Shown piece by piece: positions 1-10,195 of a stretch of 64,000 nt of DNA. The notes beneath the pieces were generated by a model. It was not told the origin of the DNA. It did not search any database and was given only the letters and a program-made list of their open reading frames with translations. Both the position numbers and the translations under genes were made by a program. Origin of the DNA: an uncultured Chloroflexia bacterium (GTDB taxonomy: Bacteria; Chloroflexota; Limnocylindria; Limnocylindrales; CSP1-4). Position 1 is the first letter of the stretch, and each line of letters opens with the position of its first letter. The stretch lies in assembly GCA_963766735.1 (NCBI GenBank), contig CAVYBU010000004.1:32001-96000 (forward strand), read 5' to 3'.

Positions 1-399
1 GACATCGCGCAGGGGCGCGAGTTCGTCGAGGAGATGGAGGGGCGCCTGGAAGCGCCGATCACCCAGGGCGGGACCAACGTCTCGGGCGGCCAGCGACAGC
101 GCCTGGCGATCGCCCGGGCGCTCACCCACAAGCCCGACATCTACGTGTTCGATGACAGCTTCTCGGCGCTGGACTTCCGGACCGACGCCCGCCTCCGGGC
201 GGCGCTCGCGCGAGAGCTGGGCGATGCCACGGTGATCATCGTGGCCCAGCGGGTGGGGACGATCCTCCACGCGGACCGGATCGTGGTGCTCGAGGACGGA
301 GGCGTCGCCGGCATCGGCACCCACGAGGAGCTGATGCGGACCTGCGAGACCTACCGGGAGATCGTGCTGTCCCAGGTCACCGAGGAGGAGGCGGCGTGA
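1..399 (+). CDS. ABC exporter ATP-binding/permease subunit, C-terminal part (truncated by the window edge); degenerate-site half of a heterodimer
   Basis: Signature VSGGQRQR, Walker B YVFDDSFSALD (catalytic E replaced by D), switch IVAQR (H replaced by Q). Its stop overlaps the next start. Confidence 0.9.
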   Translation, partial: DIAQGREFVEEMEGRLEAPITQGGTNVSGGQRQRLAIARALTHKPDIYVFDDSFSALDFRTDARLRAALARELGDATVIIVAQRVGTILHADRIVVLEDGGVAGIGTHEELMRTCETYREIVLSQVTEEEAA

Positions 400-2396
400 G
401 CGGCCCGACGGGACGGCAGGGCGGACCCGGCGCCGGTCGCAGGCCGGGCGGCGGCTCGCCGGGCATGGGCATGATGGGCGCGGGCATGCCGGTCGAGAAG
501 TCCAAGAACTTCGGGCCCTCGTTCAGGCGGCTGGTCGGCGAGCTCCGTCCGGAGCGGCTCCTGGTCCTCGCGGTGGTGGTGCTCGGCGTCATCAGCGTCT
601 TCTTCGCCATTCTCGGCCCGAAGATGCTCGGCAGCGCCACCGACATCATCTTCGAGGGCGCGATTGGCAACCAGCTCGGTGCGGCCGGCCTGACCGGCGT
701 CCCCATCGACCAGATCATCGCGCAGCTCAATGACACGGGCCAGACGAACCAGGCCGAGATGCTGGCGAGCATGAACAACGTCGTGCCCGGCCAGGGAATC
801 GACTTCACCGCCCTCGCGACGATCCTGGCGAGCGTCGGGGTGATCTACATCGTGAGCTCTCTCTTCGCGTGGGCCCAGAGCTACATCATGGCCGGCGTCA
901 CGCAACGGACCGTCTACCGGCTGCGCCGGCGGGTCGACGTCAAGCTCGGACGGCTCCCCCTCGCCTACTTCGACGGCCACCCGCGCGGCGACATCCTGTC
1001 CCGCGTCACCAACGACATCGACAACATCAGCCAGACGCTCCAGCAGAGCCTCACCCAGCTGATCACGTCGGTGCTGACCGTGGTCGGGGTGCTGATCATG
1101 ATGCTCACGATCAGCCCGCTCCTGGCCGTGATCTCAGTGCTCGCGGTGCCGGCGTCGATCGTGGTGACCGTGCTCATCGCGTCCCGCTCGCAGAAGCAGT
1201 TCGCCGCCCAGTGGGAGCGAACCGGGACCCTCAACGGTCACGTCGAGGAGATGCACACCGGGCACGCGATCGTGAAGCTGTTCGGGCGCCAGGAGGAGGC
1301 GATCGCCACCTTCGACGAGCAGAACGAGCAGCTCTACCAGGCCTCCTACCGGGCCCAGTTCATCTCCGGGATGATCATGCCGGCGATGACGTTCATCTCC
1401 AACCTCAACTACGTCGCCATCGCCGTCATCGGCGGCGTGCAGGTGGCGAACGGACGGATGTCGCTCGGCGACGTCCAGGCGTTCATCCAGTACTCGCGGC
1501 AGTTCACGATGCCCATCATCCAGGCAGCGTCCATCGTCAACGTGCTACAGAGTGCGGTGGCATCGGCCGAGCGGGTGTTCGAGCTGCTGGACGAGGCCGA
1601 GGAGATCCCGGATCCGGTGGCACCTCGGCGCATGGAGGGACCGGCAACGGGCCGCGTCGCCTTCGAGGATGTGGCCTTCCGGTACATGCCGGACAAGCCG
1701 CTCATCGAGGAGCTGTCGCTGATCGTGGAGCCCGGGCAGACGGTGGCCATCGTGGGGCCGACCGGTGCAGGCAAGACCACGCTCGTGAACCTGCTGATGC
1801 GGTTCTACGACGTGGACCAGGGGCGGATCACCGTGGACGGGATCGATACCCGGGAGCTGACGCGGGACAGCCTGCGCCGCACCTTCGGGATGGTCCTCCA
1901 GGACGCCTGGCTGTTCAACGGCACGATCCGGGACAACGTCACGTACGGTGCCGACGGCGAGGTTGCCGAGGCACGGTTCCACGATGCGGTCGATGCCGCG
2001 CACGTGGACCACTTCGTGCGGACGCTGCCCGACGGGTACGAGACCGTCCTGGACGATGACGCAACCAACGTCTCGGCCGGCGAGAAGCAGCTGCTCACGA
2101 TCGCCCGGGCGTTCCTCTCCGACCCGCCGATCCTGATCCTGGACGAGGCCACGTCGTCGGTGGACACGCGGACCGAGGTGCTTATCCAGCGCGCGATGAA
2201 CCGGCTGATGGAGGGCCGGACGTCGTTCGTGATCGCGCACCGGCTGTCCACGATCCGCGACGCGGACGTGATCCTGGTCATGAACGAGGGCCGGATCCTG
2301 GAGCAGGGCACGCATGAGGTGCTCCTCGCGAAGCAGGGCTTCTACCACGAGCTGTACGCGAGCCAGTTCGAGGAGGCGTTGGACCCGGTGGCGTAG
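396..2396 (+). CDS. ABC exporter permease/ATP-binding subunit (heterodimeric multidrug-type)
   Basis: N-terminal TM domain, Walker A GPTGAGKTT, SAGEKQ signature, ILDEATSSVD, IAHRLST. Confidence 0.93.
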   Translation: MSGPTGRQGGPGAGRRPGGGSPGMGMMGAGMPVEKSKNFGPSFRRLVGELRPERLLVLAVVVLGVISVFFAILGPKMLGSATDIIFEGAIGNQLGAAGLTGVPIDQIIAQLNDTGQTNQAEMLASMNNVVPGQGIDFTALATILASVGVIYIVSSLFAWAQSYIMAGVTQRTVYRLRRRVDVKLGRLPLAYFDGHPRGDILSRVTNDIDNISQTLQQSLTQLITSVLTVVGVLIMMLTISPLLAVISVLAVPASIVVTVLIASRSQKQFAAQWERTGTLNGHVEEMHTGHAIVKLFGRQEEAIATFDEQNEQLYQASYRAQFISGMIMPAMTFISNLNYVAIAVIGGVQVANGRMSLGDVQAFIQYSRQFTMPIIQAASIVNVLQSAVASAERVFELLDEAEEIPDPVAPRRMEGPATGRVAFEDVAFRYMPDKPLIEELSLIVEPGQTVAIVGPTGAGKTTLVNLLMRFYDVDQGRITVDGIDTRELTRDSLRRTFGMVLQDAWLFNGTIRDNVTYGADGEVAEARFHDAVDAAHVDHFVRTLPDGYETVLDDDATNVSAGEKQLLTIARAFLSDPPILILDEATSSVDTRTEVLIQRAMNRLMEGRTSFVIAHRLSTIRDADVILVMNEGRILEQGTHEVLLAKQGFYHELYASQFEEALDPVA

Positions 2397-2462
2397 GGGG
2401 TGCACCCGGCTGTCATGGCCGCCCTGACCCGGGCCCGCCCGCGTCGGGACACCACCCCCAGG

Positions 2463-4274
2463 TCAGGGCACCGCCGTCGGCACCTGCATGACGGGCCATC
2501 CGGCGGTCTGGTCGGGGGGTGTCAGGCCGAGCGCCAGGTACGGGTTCTCCGACGGCCGCAACAGGGCCTCGATGTCGATGCGCTCGATGTCGATGTGCCT
2601 GGCCGGCCTTCCAAGGAGATACCCCTGGCCGGCGTCGATCCCGAGCTCCCGCGCCATCGCGAGCTGGCCCGCTGTCTCGATGCCCTCGGCGACGACGAGC
2701 GCACCAAGGCGCCCGGCGAGGTCGACGAGCGAGCCGAGGACCGCGCGAACAGTCTCCTTCCCGGCACCGGCCTGGACCAGAGACAGGTCGATCTTCACCA
2801 CGTCGAACCGGAACTGGCTCAACAGGCGCAGGCCCGCATTGCCGGCGCCGACATCGTCGACGGCGACCCGGATCCCGGCCGCTCGACACTGCTCGAGCAC
2901 GGCGACGACCCGCGGCACGTCGCTGATGACGTCGCGCTCCGTGACTTCGAGGATCACCCGACTCGGGGCGATGCCCGAGCTCGCGACCATCGCCAGGAAG
3001 CGCGATGCTCCAAACTCGGGCGCCTCGAGCGTCCGAGGTGAGACATTGACCGTGACCAGGGTCGGCTCGGGGATCTCGGCGGCACCGGCCAGGACGGTCG
3101 CCAGGCAGGCCAGGTCGAGCTCCACCACGCGCCCACTGACCTCCGCCGCCGCGAACAGCGCACCCGGGTTCGCGAATGTCGAATCCGGGGCCGTCCTCGT
3201 CAGCCCTTCGAAGCCGATGACCCTGCCGGACTCGAGGTGAATGATGGGCTGGTAGGCGGCATGGAGTGACCGCTGCGCGAGCTCCTTCGCGATGGCCGCA
3301 GAGAGGACCGCACGCCGCTGCTCATCCACCTGCTCGCCGTCGAGCGCCGGGTCCGCCAGCGTCACCGTCGTGCGGCCGGATCGCTTGCCGCGATACAGCG
3401 CGGAGTCCGCGAAGGTCCGGAGCTGCTCGCGATCCCTGGTCTGGGCTGGGAACGACGAGACGCCGGCAGAGAACGAGATCGGTCGCTGGTAGGCACTGTC
3501 GGGTCGGACCTCGAGGCCGGACGCGAGCAGGCGCCGCGCCAGCAGCTGGGCGCCGTCCGCGGCGGTCTGCGGCAGGATGAGCGCGAACTCGTCGCCGCCG
3601 ATCCGGAACGCCCGGTCCGATCGCCGGACCTGGCCCCGGATCAGGCGCCCCACCTCGGCCAGGAGGCTGTCGCCGATGGCATGTCCCTGGGCATCGTTGA
3701 CGAGCTTGAACTCGTCGAGGTCAAGGAGCACCAGCGACAGGTCCTGGTGGTACCGCTGCGCCCTCGAGATCTCGCCTTCGAACGCCTCCTGGAACGCCCG
3801 GTGATTGCCGAGGCCCGTCAGGCCATCGACCAGGGCGAACTCGCGAACTTCCTCGTACGCGTCACGCAGGCGGCCGCGCGACGCGTCGAGCTCGACGGCC
3901 GGTTCGAGGACCCGGCCCGCCATGCGGAGGACCAGGCCCACGAGCAGCGCTCCAACCACCAGGAGGGCGAGCAACGTCGAGGGCTCAACACCCGGACCCG
4001 CGCCGTCGACCGCACGGGTCGCGGCCTGGATCGCGGCAACTGGCAGGATCGCGGCAGCCGTGAGCGCCAGGGCGAGCCGAATCCTCACCAACCGGAGCGA
4101 GCTGCCATCGGCAAGATCGTCGGTCGGCGTGAGTCGCGACAGGGTCTGCGTCGGGCATCCGGGCACCGTGGGCGGGGTTGGAAGGATCCTGTCCGGGATC
4201 GTAGACGGGGTATACGACGGATACCACTGCACCGAACCCCACCAATCGTCACCCCTCCCGGTAGGACCCACCAT
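2463..4274 (-). CDS. Membrane-anchored GGDEF-EAL diguanylate cyclase/phosphodiesterase (true start uncertain, probably downstream of 4274)
   Basis: Two TM segments, DGLTGLGN, RIGGDEF, FEGLTR, EVTE, DDVGAG, VKID, VAEGIET, QGYLLGRP. Confidence 0.9.
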   Translation of the reverse strand: MVGPTGRGDDWWGSVQWYPSYTPSTIPDRILPTPPTVPGCPTQTLSRLTPTDDLADGSSLRLVRIRLALALTAAAILPVAAIQAATRAVDGAGPGVEPSTLLALLVVGALLVGLVLRMAGRVLEPAVELDASRGRLRDAYEEVREFALVDGLTGLGNHRAFQEAFEGEISRAQRYHQDLSLVLLDLDEFKLVNDAQGHAIGDSLLAEVGRLIRGQVRRSDRAFRIGGDEFALILPQTAADGAQLLARRLLASGLEVRPDSAYQRPISFSAGVSSFPAQTRDREQLRTFADSALYRGKRSGRTTVTLADPALDGEQVDEQRRAVLSAAIAKELAQRSLHAAYQPIIHLESGRVIGFEGLTRTAPDSTFANPGALFAAAEVSGRVVELDLACLATVLAGAAEIPEPTLVTVNVSPRTLEAPEFGASRFLAMVASSGIAPSRVILEVTERDVISDVPRVVAVLEQCRAAGIRVAVDDVGAGNAGLRLLSQFRFDVVKIDLSLVQAGAGKETVRAVLGSLVDLAGRLGALVVAEGIETAGQLAMARELGIDAGQGYLLGRPARHIDIERIDIEALLRPSENPYLALGLTPPDQTAGWPVMQVPTAVP

Positions 4275-4330
4275 CGGTGCCCGCGGTGCGGCTTGCCGAA
4301 TTCGATCCTGACCTCATGGCCAGCGCGCTG

Positions 4331-4390
4331 GATCCGGTCGCACAGGCCACTCGGGCCCCTGACCCGGTCGCACAGGCGCTCTCGGGCCCG
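4331..4390. repeat. Imperfect ~30-bp tandem direct repeat (2 copies) in a divergent intergenic region
   Basis: gatccggtcgcacaggccactcgggccc followed by gacccggtcgcacaggcgctctcgggccc. Confidence 0.6.
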
Positions 4391-4490
4391 CCGGACCCGC
4401 CCAAGGGGCCGTCCCTCCCTACCGACGGCGCCGTTCTCGGGCGACGATCAGGACGACGCAGCGTGGCGTCGGAACGCCCAGGGGTGCCCC

Positions 4491-5396
4491 ATGACCAATC
4501 TCGTCGTGGAGGCGGACGGCCTCACCAAGTCCTACGGATCGCGGCGCGGCGTGGAGGACGTCGCGTTCGGCGTGGAGGAGGGCGAGGCCTTCGGCTTCCT
4601 CGGGCCGAACGGGGCCGGCAAGACCACCACGATCCGCCTGCTCATGGGCTTCCTGCGCGCGACCGGCGGCAGCGCGAGGCTGTTCGGCGAGGACGCGTTC
4701 GCACACGCCGCCCGCCTGCACCGGAACGTCGCGTACCTGGGCAGCGACCCCGGGTTCCTCGGCGAGCTGACGAGCGCTGCCCAGCTGGACTACTTCGCGG
4801 AGCTGCGCGGCCTCGCTCGCCGCTGCTGGATGCCGATGGCGGAGCGCCTGGAGCTGGACCCCTCCGTTCGCATCCGCAAGCTGAGCCGAGGCAACCGCCA
4901 GAAGATCGGCGTGGTGGCGGCGTTCATGGGCAGGGAGCCGCTGCTCATCCTCGACGAGCCCACCGGTGGGCTGGACCCGCTGATGCAGCGCGAGTTCCTG
5001 GCCCTTCTCGCGGAGGTGCGCGAGGAGGGTCGAACCGTCTTCCTGTCCAGCCACAACCTGGTCGAGGTCGAGCGGGCGTGCGACCGGGTGGCGATCATCC
5101 GGGACGGCCGGATCGCGGAGATCAGCAACGTCGCCGAGCTCCTTGGTTCGCACTGGCGCTCGATCAACCTCGTCCTCGCCCACCCGCCCGGCGTGGCGGA
5201 TTTCGACCTCCCGAACGTCGAGGTCGCCGCGCTCACCGGTCGCGAGGTGCACCTCATGGTCCGCGGGGATATCAATCCCCTGCTCGCGCGCATCGCCGCC
5301 CACGTCGTGACCGACATCGCGATCACGACGCCCGACGTCGAGGACCTGTTCCTCCGCCAGTACCGGGAAGAGGCCCCCGGGGAGGTGCCGGCATGA
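4491..5396 (+). CDS. ABC-2 type transporter ATP-binding protein
   Basis: MTNLVVEADGLTKSYG, GPNGAGKTT, LSRGNRQK, LILDEPTGGLD, SSH. Confidence 0.9.
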   Translation: MTNLVVEADGLTKSYGSRRGVEDVAFGVEEGEAFGFLGPNGAGKTTTIRLLMGFLRATGGSARLFGEDAFAHAARLHRNVAYLGSDPGFLGELTSAAQLDYFAELRGLARRCWMPMAERLELDPSVRIRKLSRGNRQKIGVVAAFMGREPLLILDEPTGGLDPLMQREFLALLAEVREEGRTVFLSSHNLVEVERACDRVAIIRDGRIAEISNVAELLGSHWRSINLVLAHPPGVADFDLPNVEVAALTGREVHLMVRGDINPLLARIAAHVVTDIAITTPDVEDLFLRQYREEAPGEVPA

Positions 5397-6187
5397 CCGC
5401 CTTCCGCATGGAGCTCCGCCGCAACCGGTCGCTCACCGTCTGGCTCGGCGTGACCATGGCGGCGTACGGGGCAATCATGGCCGCCATGTACCCGGTCATG
5501 CTCGAGAACGACAAGCTGTTCACGGAATACATGCAGACCTTCCCCCAGGAGTTCCTCGCCGCCTTCGGCATGACCGGCTCGCTCTCGGACCCGGGTGTCT
5601 TCTACACCACGTACATCTCGTCCTGGCTGTGGCCGATCATGGCCGCAGCCATGGCGCTCCTGTTCGGGACGCGGGTGGCGGTAGACCTGGACCGCGGGTT
5701 CCTGGACCTGCCGCTCGCCACGCCCGTCTCGCGCATCCGGTACCTCACGGCTTCGATCCTGGGCCAGGCCATCGCGATGGCGGTGCTGACCGTGGCAACG
5801 GTCGGCGGCCTGTGGGTCGTGGGGCAGATGGTGGGGGCGGCATTCGATCCCGGTCGGTTCGCCCTTGCCGGCGTGCTGTCATGGCTCTTCGGGTGCGCGA
5901 TCGCCGGAGTCACGACGCTGCTCGGGGTGCTGACCCTCAGCCGCGGGCGGACGTCCGGGATCGTGTCCGGCGTCCTGATCGCCATGTACCTGTTGTACGT
6001 CGTGACCCAGATCAGCGCGGACCTGGCCTGGCTTGCGCCGGCGTCGGCGTGGGACCACTTCCGAACCACCGAGCTGATCGACGGGGGCACCCTCCCGCTG
6101 GGCGATTTCGCCCTGTTCGCGGGCATCGCGCTCGCGGGCTGGCTGGGTGCGCTCTGGGCGTTCCGGCGCCGCGACCTGGCTGCCTGA
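5393..6187 (+). CDS. ABC-2 type transporter permease
   Basis: ATGA overlap with the ATPase gene; about 6 TM helices; ends FRRRDLAA. Confidence 0.85.
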   Translation: MTAFRMELRRNRSLTVWLGVTMAAYGAIMAAMYPVMLENDKLFTEYMQTFPQEFLAAFGMTGSLSDPGVFYTTYISSWLWPIMAAAMALLFGTRVAVDLDRGFLDLPLATPVSRIRYLTASILGQAIAMAVLTVATVGGLWVVGQMVGAAFDPGRFALAGVLSWLFGCAIAGVTTLLGVLTLSRGRTSGIVSGVLIAMYLLYVVTQISADLAWLAPASAWDHFRTTELIDGGTLPLGDFALFAGIALAGWLGALWAFRRRDLAA

Positions 6188-6231
6188 ACCGGCCGGGCCG
6201 CCTCCCGACGGGCGCGGCCGCCTCCCGTCGA

Positions 6232-8250
6232 TCAGGCGCCGGACTTGAGCACCTGGTCTACAACGGCCAGGATCTCGTCCCCGTACTTCTCGATGCGCGC
6301 GGGACCCATGCCCTTGACCCGGGCCAGCCCGGAGAGCGTTCGCGGGCGGACGTCGGCGATGGCCTTGAGCGTGTCGTTGGGGGCGATCACGTAGGCCGGC
6401 ACGTCATCGGCGCGGGCATGGAGGAGGCGCCACTCGCTCAGCGCGGCGAAGAACGGGTCGTCCGAGCCGCCTGCCGCCGGTCGTCTGGTCTGGGGAGGCG
6501 GGCCTGGCAGGACCCGGACGCGATCCCCGGGCCGGGCGGGCCGCGGCCTGATGTCCAGCAGGAACCGGCTGGGCCGGCGCTTGCTCTCGCGCCCCCGCGT
6601 GTCACGCCGCTCCGCCCAGGACAGGACGAGGTGGAGCCTGGCGCGCGTGATCCCCACGTAGAGGAGTCTCCGTTCCTCCTCCAGCGCGTCCTCGTCGTCG
6701 ACCGCCTGGCGGATGGGCAGGGTCCCCTCCTCCAGCGCGGGCAGGAAGACCGCGTCCCACTCCAGGCCCTTCGCCCGGTGGTAGGTGAGCAGGTTGACGC
6801 CGTCTGCGGAGCCCTCCCGCTCGCGCGCGGCGCGGGCCTCCAGCTCGCCGATGACGCTCGCCGCATCGGCGGCCGGGTCCGCGCCCGTCACCGACTCCAC
6901 GATCTCGCGCAGCGTCTCCAGCGATGCCTGCCGTTCGCGAGCCTCGTCCCCCTCGGTGGCTGCCGGCTCCTCCTCGTAGCCCACGGCCTCCACCCAGCGC
7001 TCGACGATCGCGGCGACCAGGTCATCCCCGGTCCCCTCCGGCCGCGGGCTCCGCCGGAGGGCCAACATCGCTCCGCGAACCTCCGGCCGGTCGTAGAAGC
7101 GGATGCCGCGCACCTGGTACGCGATCCCCGCGCGCGTCAGGGCCTCCTCGATCGACGCCAGCTGCGCATTCATCCGGACCAGCACCGCGATCTCCGCGGG
7201 CAGGATCCCCTCGTTCATCCGGACCCGGATCCATGTCGCGAGGGCGCCCAGCTCCGCCTCTGCCGTGGCGTGCTTCGCGACCGTGGGCGCCGGGCCGTCC
7301 GGCCGCGTGGCCACCAGCCGCTTGTCACGGCCGTCCGCGGCGATCAGCCGGTTCGCCAGCTCCAGCACCTGGGGCGTGGAGCGGTAGTTGCGGACGAGGA
7401 CGACCTCCCGGGTTCCGGGCCAGCGGGCGGCGAACGTGGTGAGGTACTCCGAGGATGCCCCGGTGAAGGTGTAGATCGTCTGGTCCTCGTCCCCCACCAC
7501 GCAGACGTCGCGGCGTTCTCCCAGCCACAGCTCCAGCAGGCGCTCCTGGAGCGGGTTGGTGTCCTGGTACTCGTCCACGCTGAACCAGCTCTTCCGGGCG
7601 CGGACGGTGGCGGCCGCGTCCTCGTCCAGCTCGAGCAGCTTCACCGTCTCGACCAGCAGGTCGTCGAAATCCATCCGGTTCGCGCGTGTCTTGGCGCGTT
7701 CGTAGCCCTCGTAGGTGCGGACGAACAGGTCCACCGGGATCGGCGGCTCCCGGCCGGCGGCTGCCGCGGCCGCCGCATACTCCTTCGGACCGATCCGGCG
7801 GGTCTTCGCCCACTCGATCTCATCCGCGAGGTCCTTGGACGGCGTGAACCGGTAGTGACCGGGCAGCTGGCGGGCGAGGCGGCCGATGATCGGCAGCTTG
7901 GAGTCCAGCAGCTCCGGGAGCGGCGCGTCCTCGTGGCGAGACGCCCAGAAGTGGCGCAGCTGGCTCAGGGCGTGAGCGTGGAAGGTGCGCGCCGTGACGC
8001 CGGGGAGACCCAGCGACCGAAGCCGTTCCACCATCTCGGTGGCGGCCTTCTCGGTGAACGTGACCACCAGCACCTGGTCCGCCGGCACCACGTCCGTCGC
8101 GATCGCATACGCCGTGCGGCGGCTGATGACCCGCGTCTTGCCGGATCCGGCGCCCGCCAGGATGGCCACCGGCCCGCTCGTGGCCATGACGGCGTCACGC
8201 TGCTCGGCATCGAGGTCTTCGAGAAGGGTATCGGGATCGAGGCGCGGCAC
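6232..8250 (-). CDS. uvrD2: UvrD2-like SF1 DNA helicase with C-terminal HRDC domain
   Basis: AGAGSGKT, VDEYQD, VGDEDQTIY, NYRS, HRAKGLEW, EERRLLYVGITRA; HRDC-like tail (LSEWR..VPAYVIAPNDTL..GMGPARIEKYG). GTG start lies 6 nt after a TATGGT -10 box. Confidence 0.9.
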   Translation of the reverse strand: MPRLDPDTLLEDLDAEQRDAVMATSGPVAILAGAGSGKTRVISRRTAYAIATDVVPADQVLVVTFTEKAATEMVERLRSLGLPGVTARTFHAHALSQLRHFWASRHEDAPLPELLDSKLPIIGRLARQLPGHYRFTPSKDLADEIEWAKTRRIGPKEYAAAAAAAGREPPIPVDLFVRTYEGYERAKTRANRMDFDDLLVETVKLLELDEDAAATVRARKSWFSVDEYQDTNPLQERLLELWLGERRDVCVVGDEDQTIYTFTGASSEYLTTFAARWPGTREVVLVRNYRSTPQVLELANRLIAADGRDKRLVATRPDGPAPTVAKHATAEAELGALATWIRVRMNEGILPAEIAVLVRMNAQLASIEEALTRAGIAYQVRGIRFYDRPEVRGAMLALRRSPRPEGTGDDLVAAIVERWVEAVGYEEEPAATEGDEARERQASLETLREIVESVTGADPAADAASVIGELEARAAREREGSADGVNLLTYHRAKGLEWDAVFLPALEEGTLPIRQAVDDEDALEEERRLLYVGITRARLHLVLSWAERRDTRGRESKRRPSRFLLDIRPRPARPGDRVRVLPGPPPQTRRPAAGGSDDPFFAALSEWRLLHARADDVPAYVIAPNDTLKAIADVRPRTLSGLARVKGMGPARIEKYGDEILAVVDQVLKSGA

Positions 8251-8379
8251 GATCCGACCATAGCAGGGGTGGCTCACTCGCGGCTCACCCCTGCCGGGCG
8301 CGTGTCGGCGCCTTCAGGCAGATCCCCGCTCAGGCAGACTCCAACTCAGGGGCCGCCCGCACCCAGCGGCCGCCTCCGC

Positions 8380-9303
8380 TCAGCGACCCGCCGCGAACGC
8401 CTCCGCCGCGGCCGAGAGGCGGGCCACCTCGTCGTCGGCCAGGACCAGGTCAGCGGCTGCGGCGTTCAGCTCGAGCTGCTCCAGCGTGCGGGCGCCGGGG
8501 ATTGCGATCGTGTTCGGGTGCGCCAGCACCCAGGCAAGCGCAATCTGTGCCGGCACCGCGTCGTGGGCGGCCGCAACCTCGCGCACGGCCTCGGCGAGCG
8601 GCTCGAATCCTCTCGTCCTGCGCGCGGGGCGCGACAAGCGTCGGAAGTCCCGGACCGCGTACCAGTCCTGGTCCGCCGCCAGGAGGCCCTGCGCCAGCGG
8701 CGAGTACGCCACCACGAGTCGGTCCATGGCGGCCGCATAGGGCACGAGATCGCTCGCCGGGCCCGGATCGACCAGGCTGAACTTGACCTGGTTGGCGATG
8801 ACTGGCGCCCGCAGCGCACGCTCGGCCTCCTGCCACTGGGCCAGCGAGTAGTTCGACACGCCCACGCGGCGCACCAGTCCCTCCGCCACCAGGGGCCGCA
8901 TCGACTGCATCACGCGCCGGACCGAGACGAAGGGATTGGGCCAGTGCGCGTAGTAGAGGTCGAGGGCGTCCTGTCGGAGGCGGCGCCGACTGCCGGCCGC
9001 CTGCCAGGCGACGATCCGCTCCGCAGGAGCGAGCGGCATCAGCTTCGTGGCGACGGTGAGCCGGGCGCGTTCCTCTGCGGGCATGCCCTCCAGGACCTCC
9101 CCGATGATCCGCTCCGAGTGCCCGGGCCCATACGCCTCGGCGGTGTCGATCATGGTGACGTCCAGCTCGATCGCCCGGCGGAGCAGCGCCGGCGCGGTCT
9201 CGCGCGCGTACGCCTCGCCGTACCCCCACTCGCGGCTGCCGAACTGCCAGGTGCCCAGGCCGATCCGCGACACGCGGAGGCCATCGATCTCGATGTCTCT
9301 CAT
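8380..9303 (-). CDS. Aldo/keto reductase
   Basis: IGLGTWQ, IDTAEAYG..SE, ATK, LDLYYAHWP, GVSNY, NQV, AYSPLAQG, IPGA. Confidence 0.9.
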   Translation of the reverse strand: MRDIEIDGLRVSRIGLGTWQFGSREWGYGEAYARETAPALLRRAIELDVTMIDTAEAYGPGHSERIIGEVLEGMPAEERARLTVATKLMPLAPAERIVAWQAAGSRRRLRQDALDLYYAHWPNPFVSVRRVMQSMRPLVAEGLVRRVGVSNYSLAQWQEAERALRAPVIANQVKFSLVDPGPASDLVPYAAAMDRLVVAYSPLAQGLLAADQDWYAVRDFRRLSRPARRTRGFEPLAEAVREVAAAHDAVPAQIALAWVLAHPNTIAIPGARTLEQLELNAAAADLVLADDEVARLSAAAEAFAAGR

Positions 9304-9383
9304 GGGTTCGAGCATATCGGCGATCGCGGGTCGAGGCAGGTGGAGGCGGGTCGAGACGCGGCACCTCCCAGCCGCTTTTCGGC

Positions 9384-9815
9384 CTACGTTCCCGTCAGCG
9401 GGTTCCGCCAGCGGATCTCGGTGAAGCGGGCAAAGTCCGTGTCGGTCGAGATGACCTCCGCGCCGTGCTCGATCGCCAGGGCCGCGAGATGGGCGTCCGG
9501 GATCAGCTTGCCGGCGGCGCGATACCGACGAACGAGATCCCCAAGGACGGCGGCATGACGATCCGTGGGCAAGGGGATCCATGCGGCAGGGGCGGCGAGC
9601 CAGTCCTCGACCAGGCTCCAGGCATCGCCCGGCGCCATCGGCTTCTTGACCACTCGCGGGTTGGTAGCGAGACGGACGAACCCGGTGAGCGACTCCCACG
9701 GCAGGCCAACCCGGCGGTTGCCGTTCAGCGCCTCCTCGAGCCACGCCGACGCTCGCTCGTGCTCCGGCGCGGCCTCGCTTGCCGCGAAGAACAGGACGTT
9801 CGTGTCGACGATCAT
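9384..9815 (-). CDS. vapC: VapC-family PIN-domain toxin
   Basis: MIVDTNVL, IPDAHLAALAIEH, STDTDFARF. Confidence 0.92.
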   Translation of the reverse strand: MIVDTNVLFFAASEAAPEHERASAWLEEALNGNRRVGLPWESLTGFVRLATNPRVVKKPMAPGDAWSLVEDWLAAPAAWIPLPTDRHAAVLGDLVRRYRAAGKLIPDAHLAALAIEHGAEVISTDTDFARFTEIRWRNPLTGT

Positions 9816-10045
9816 CAGCGGTGCGCCGGGCCCTCGGCCAGCTCGAGCGCCTCTGCCGTGTCACGGACGTCGATGCCGATCCCCATGTCCACGGATCGCT
9901 GGCGAAACCGCTCCCGAGCTCCTGGGGCCTGAAGGCCTGCGCGCGCGAGCTCGTTCAGGGCTTCGCTCAGCCCGAGGCCTCGTTCCCGCCGGAGCCGCTG
10001 GATCGCCGCGACGACGTCGTCGTCCAGGTTCACGGTCGTGCGCAT
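9815..10045 (-). CDS. vapB: VapB-like ribbon-helix-helix antitoxin
   Basis: MRTTVNLDDDV...LSEALNELAR; coupled to vapC; start lies 7 nt after TAGACT. Confidence 0.85.
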   Translation of the reverse strand: MRTTVNLDDDVVAAIQRLRRERGLGLSEALNELARAGLQAPGARERFRQRSVDMGIGIDVRDTAEALELAEGPAHR

Positions 10046-10195
10046 GTCCGCGAGTCTAGCATCGTGATGCGTCATCGTCGTCATCTCCATGCCGATCCGT
10101 AGGGTCGCCCACATCATCGCAGCGGCCGCTTATCCGCCGCTCAACGGGCGACTCTGTGACAGACAGGTGGCACTGGCGCGGCCCAGGATCCGCAC

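Noticed and set aside
5629-9558. 1309-aa plus-strand ORF and many other long ORFs (e.g. 24196-26670, 28513-30630, 58838-60901, 61167-62900)
   Set aside because: They are antisense or alternate-frame shadows of well-supported genes, Arg/Gly/Pro-rich and motif-free, as expected in high-GC DNA.
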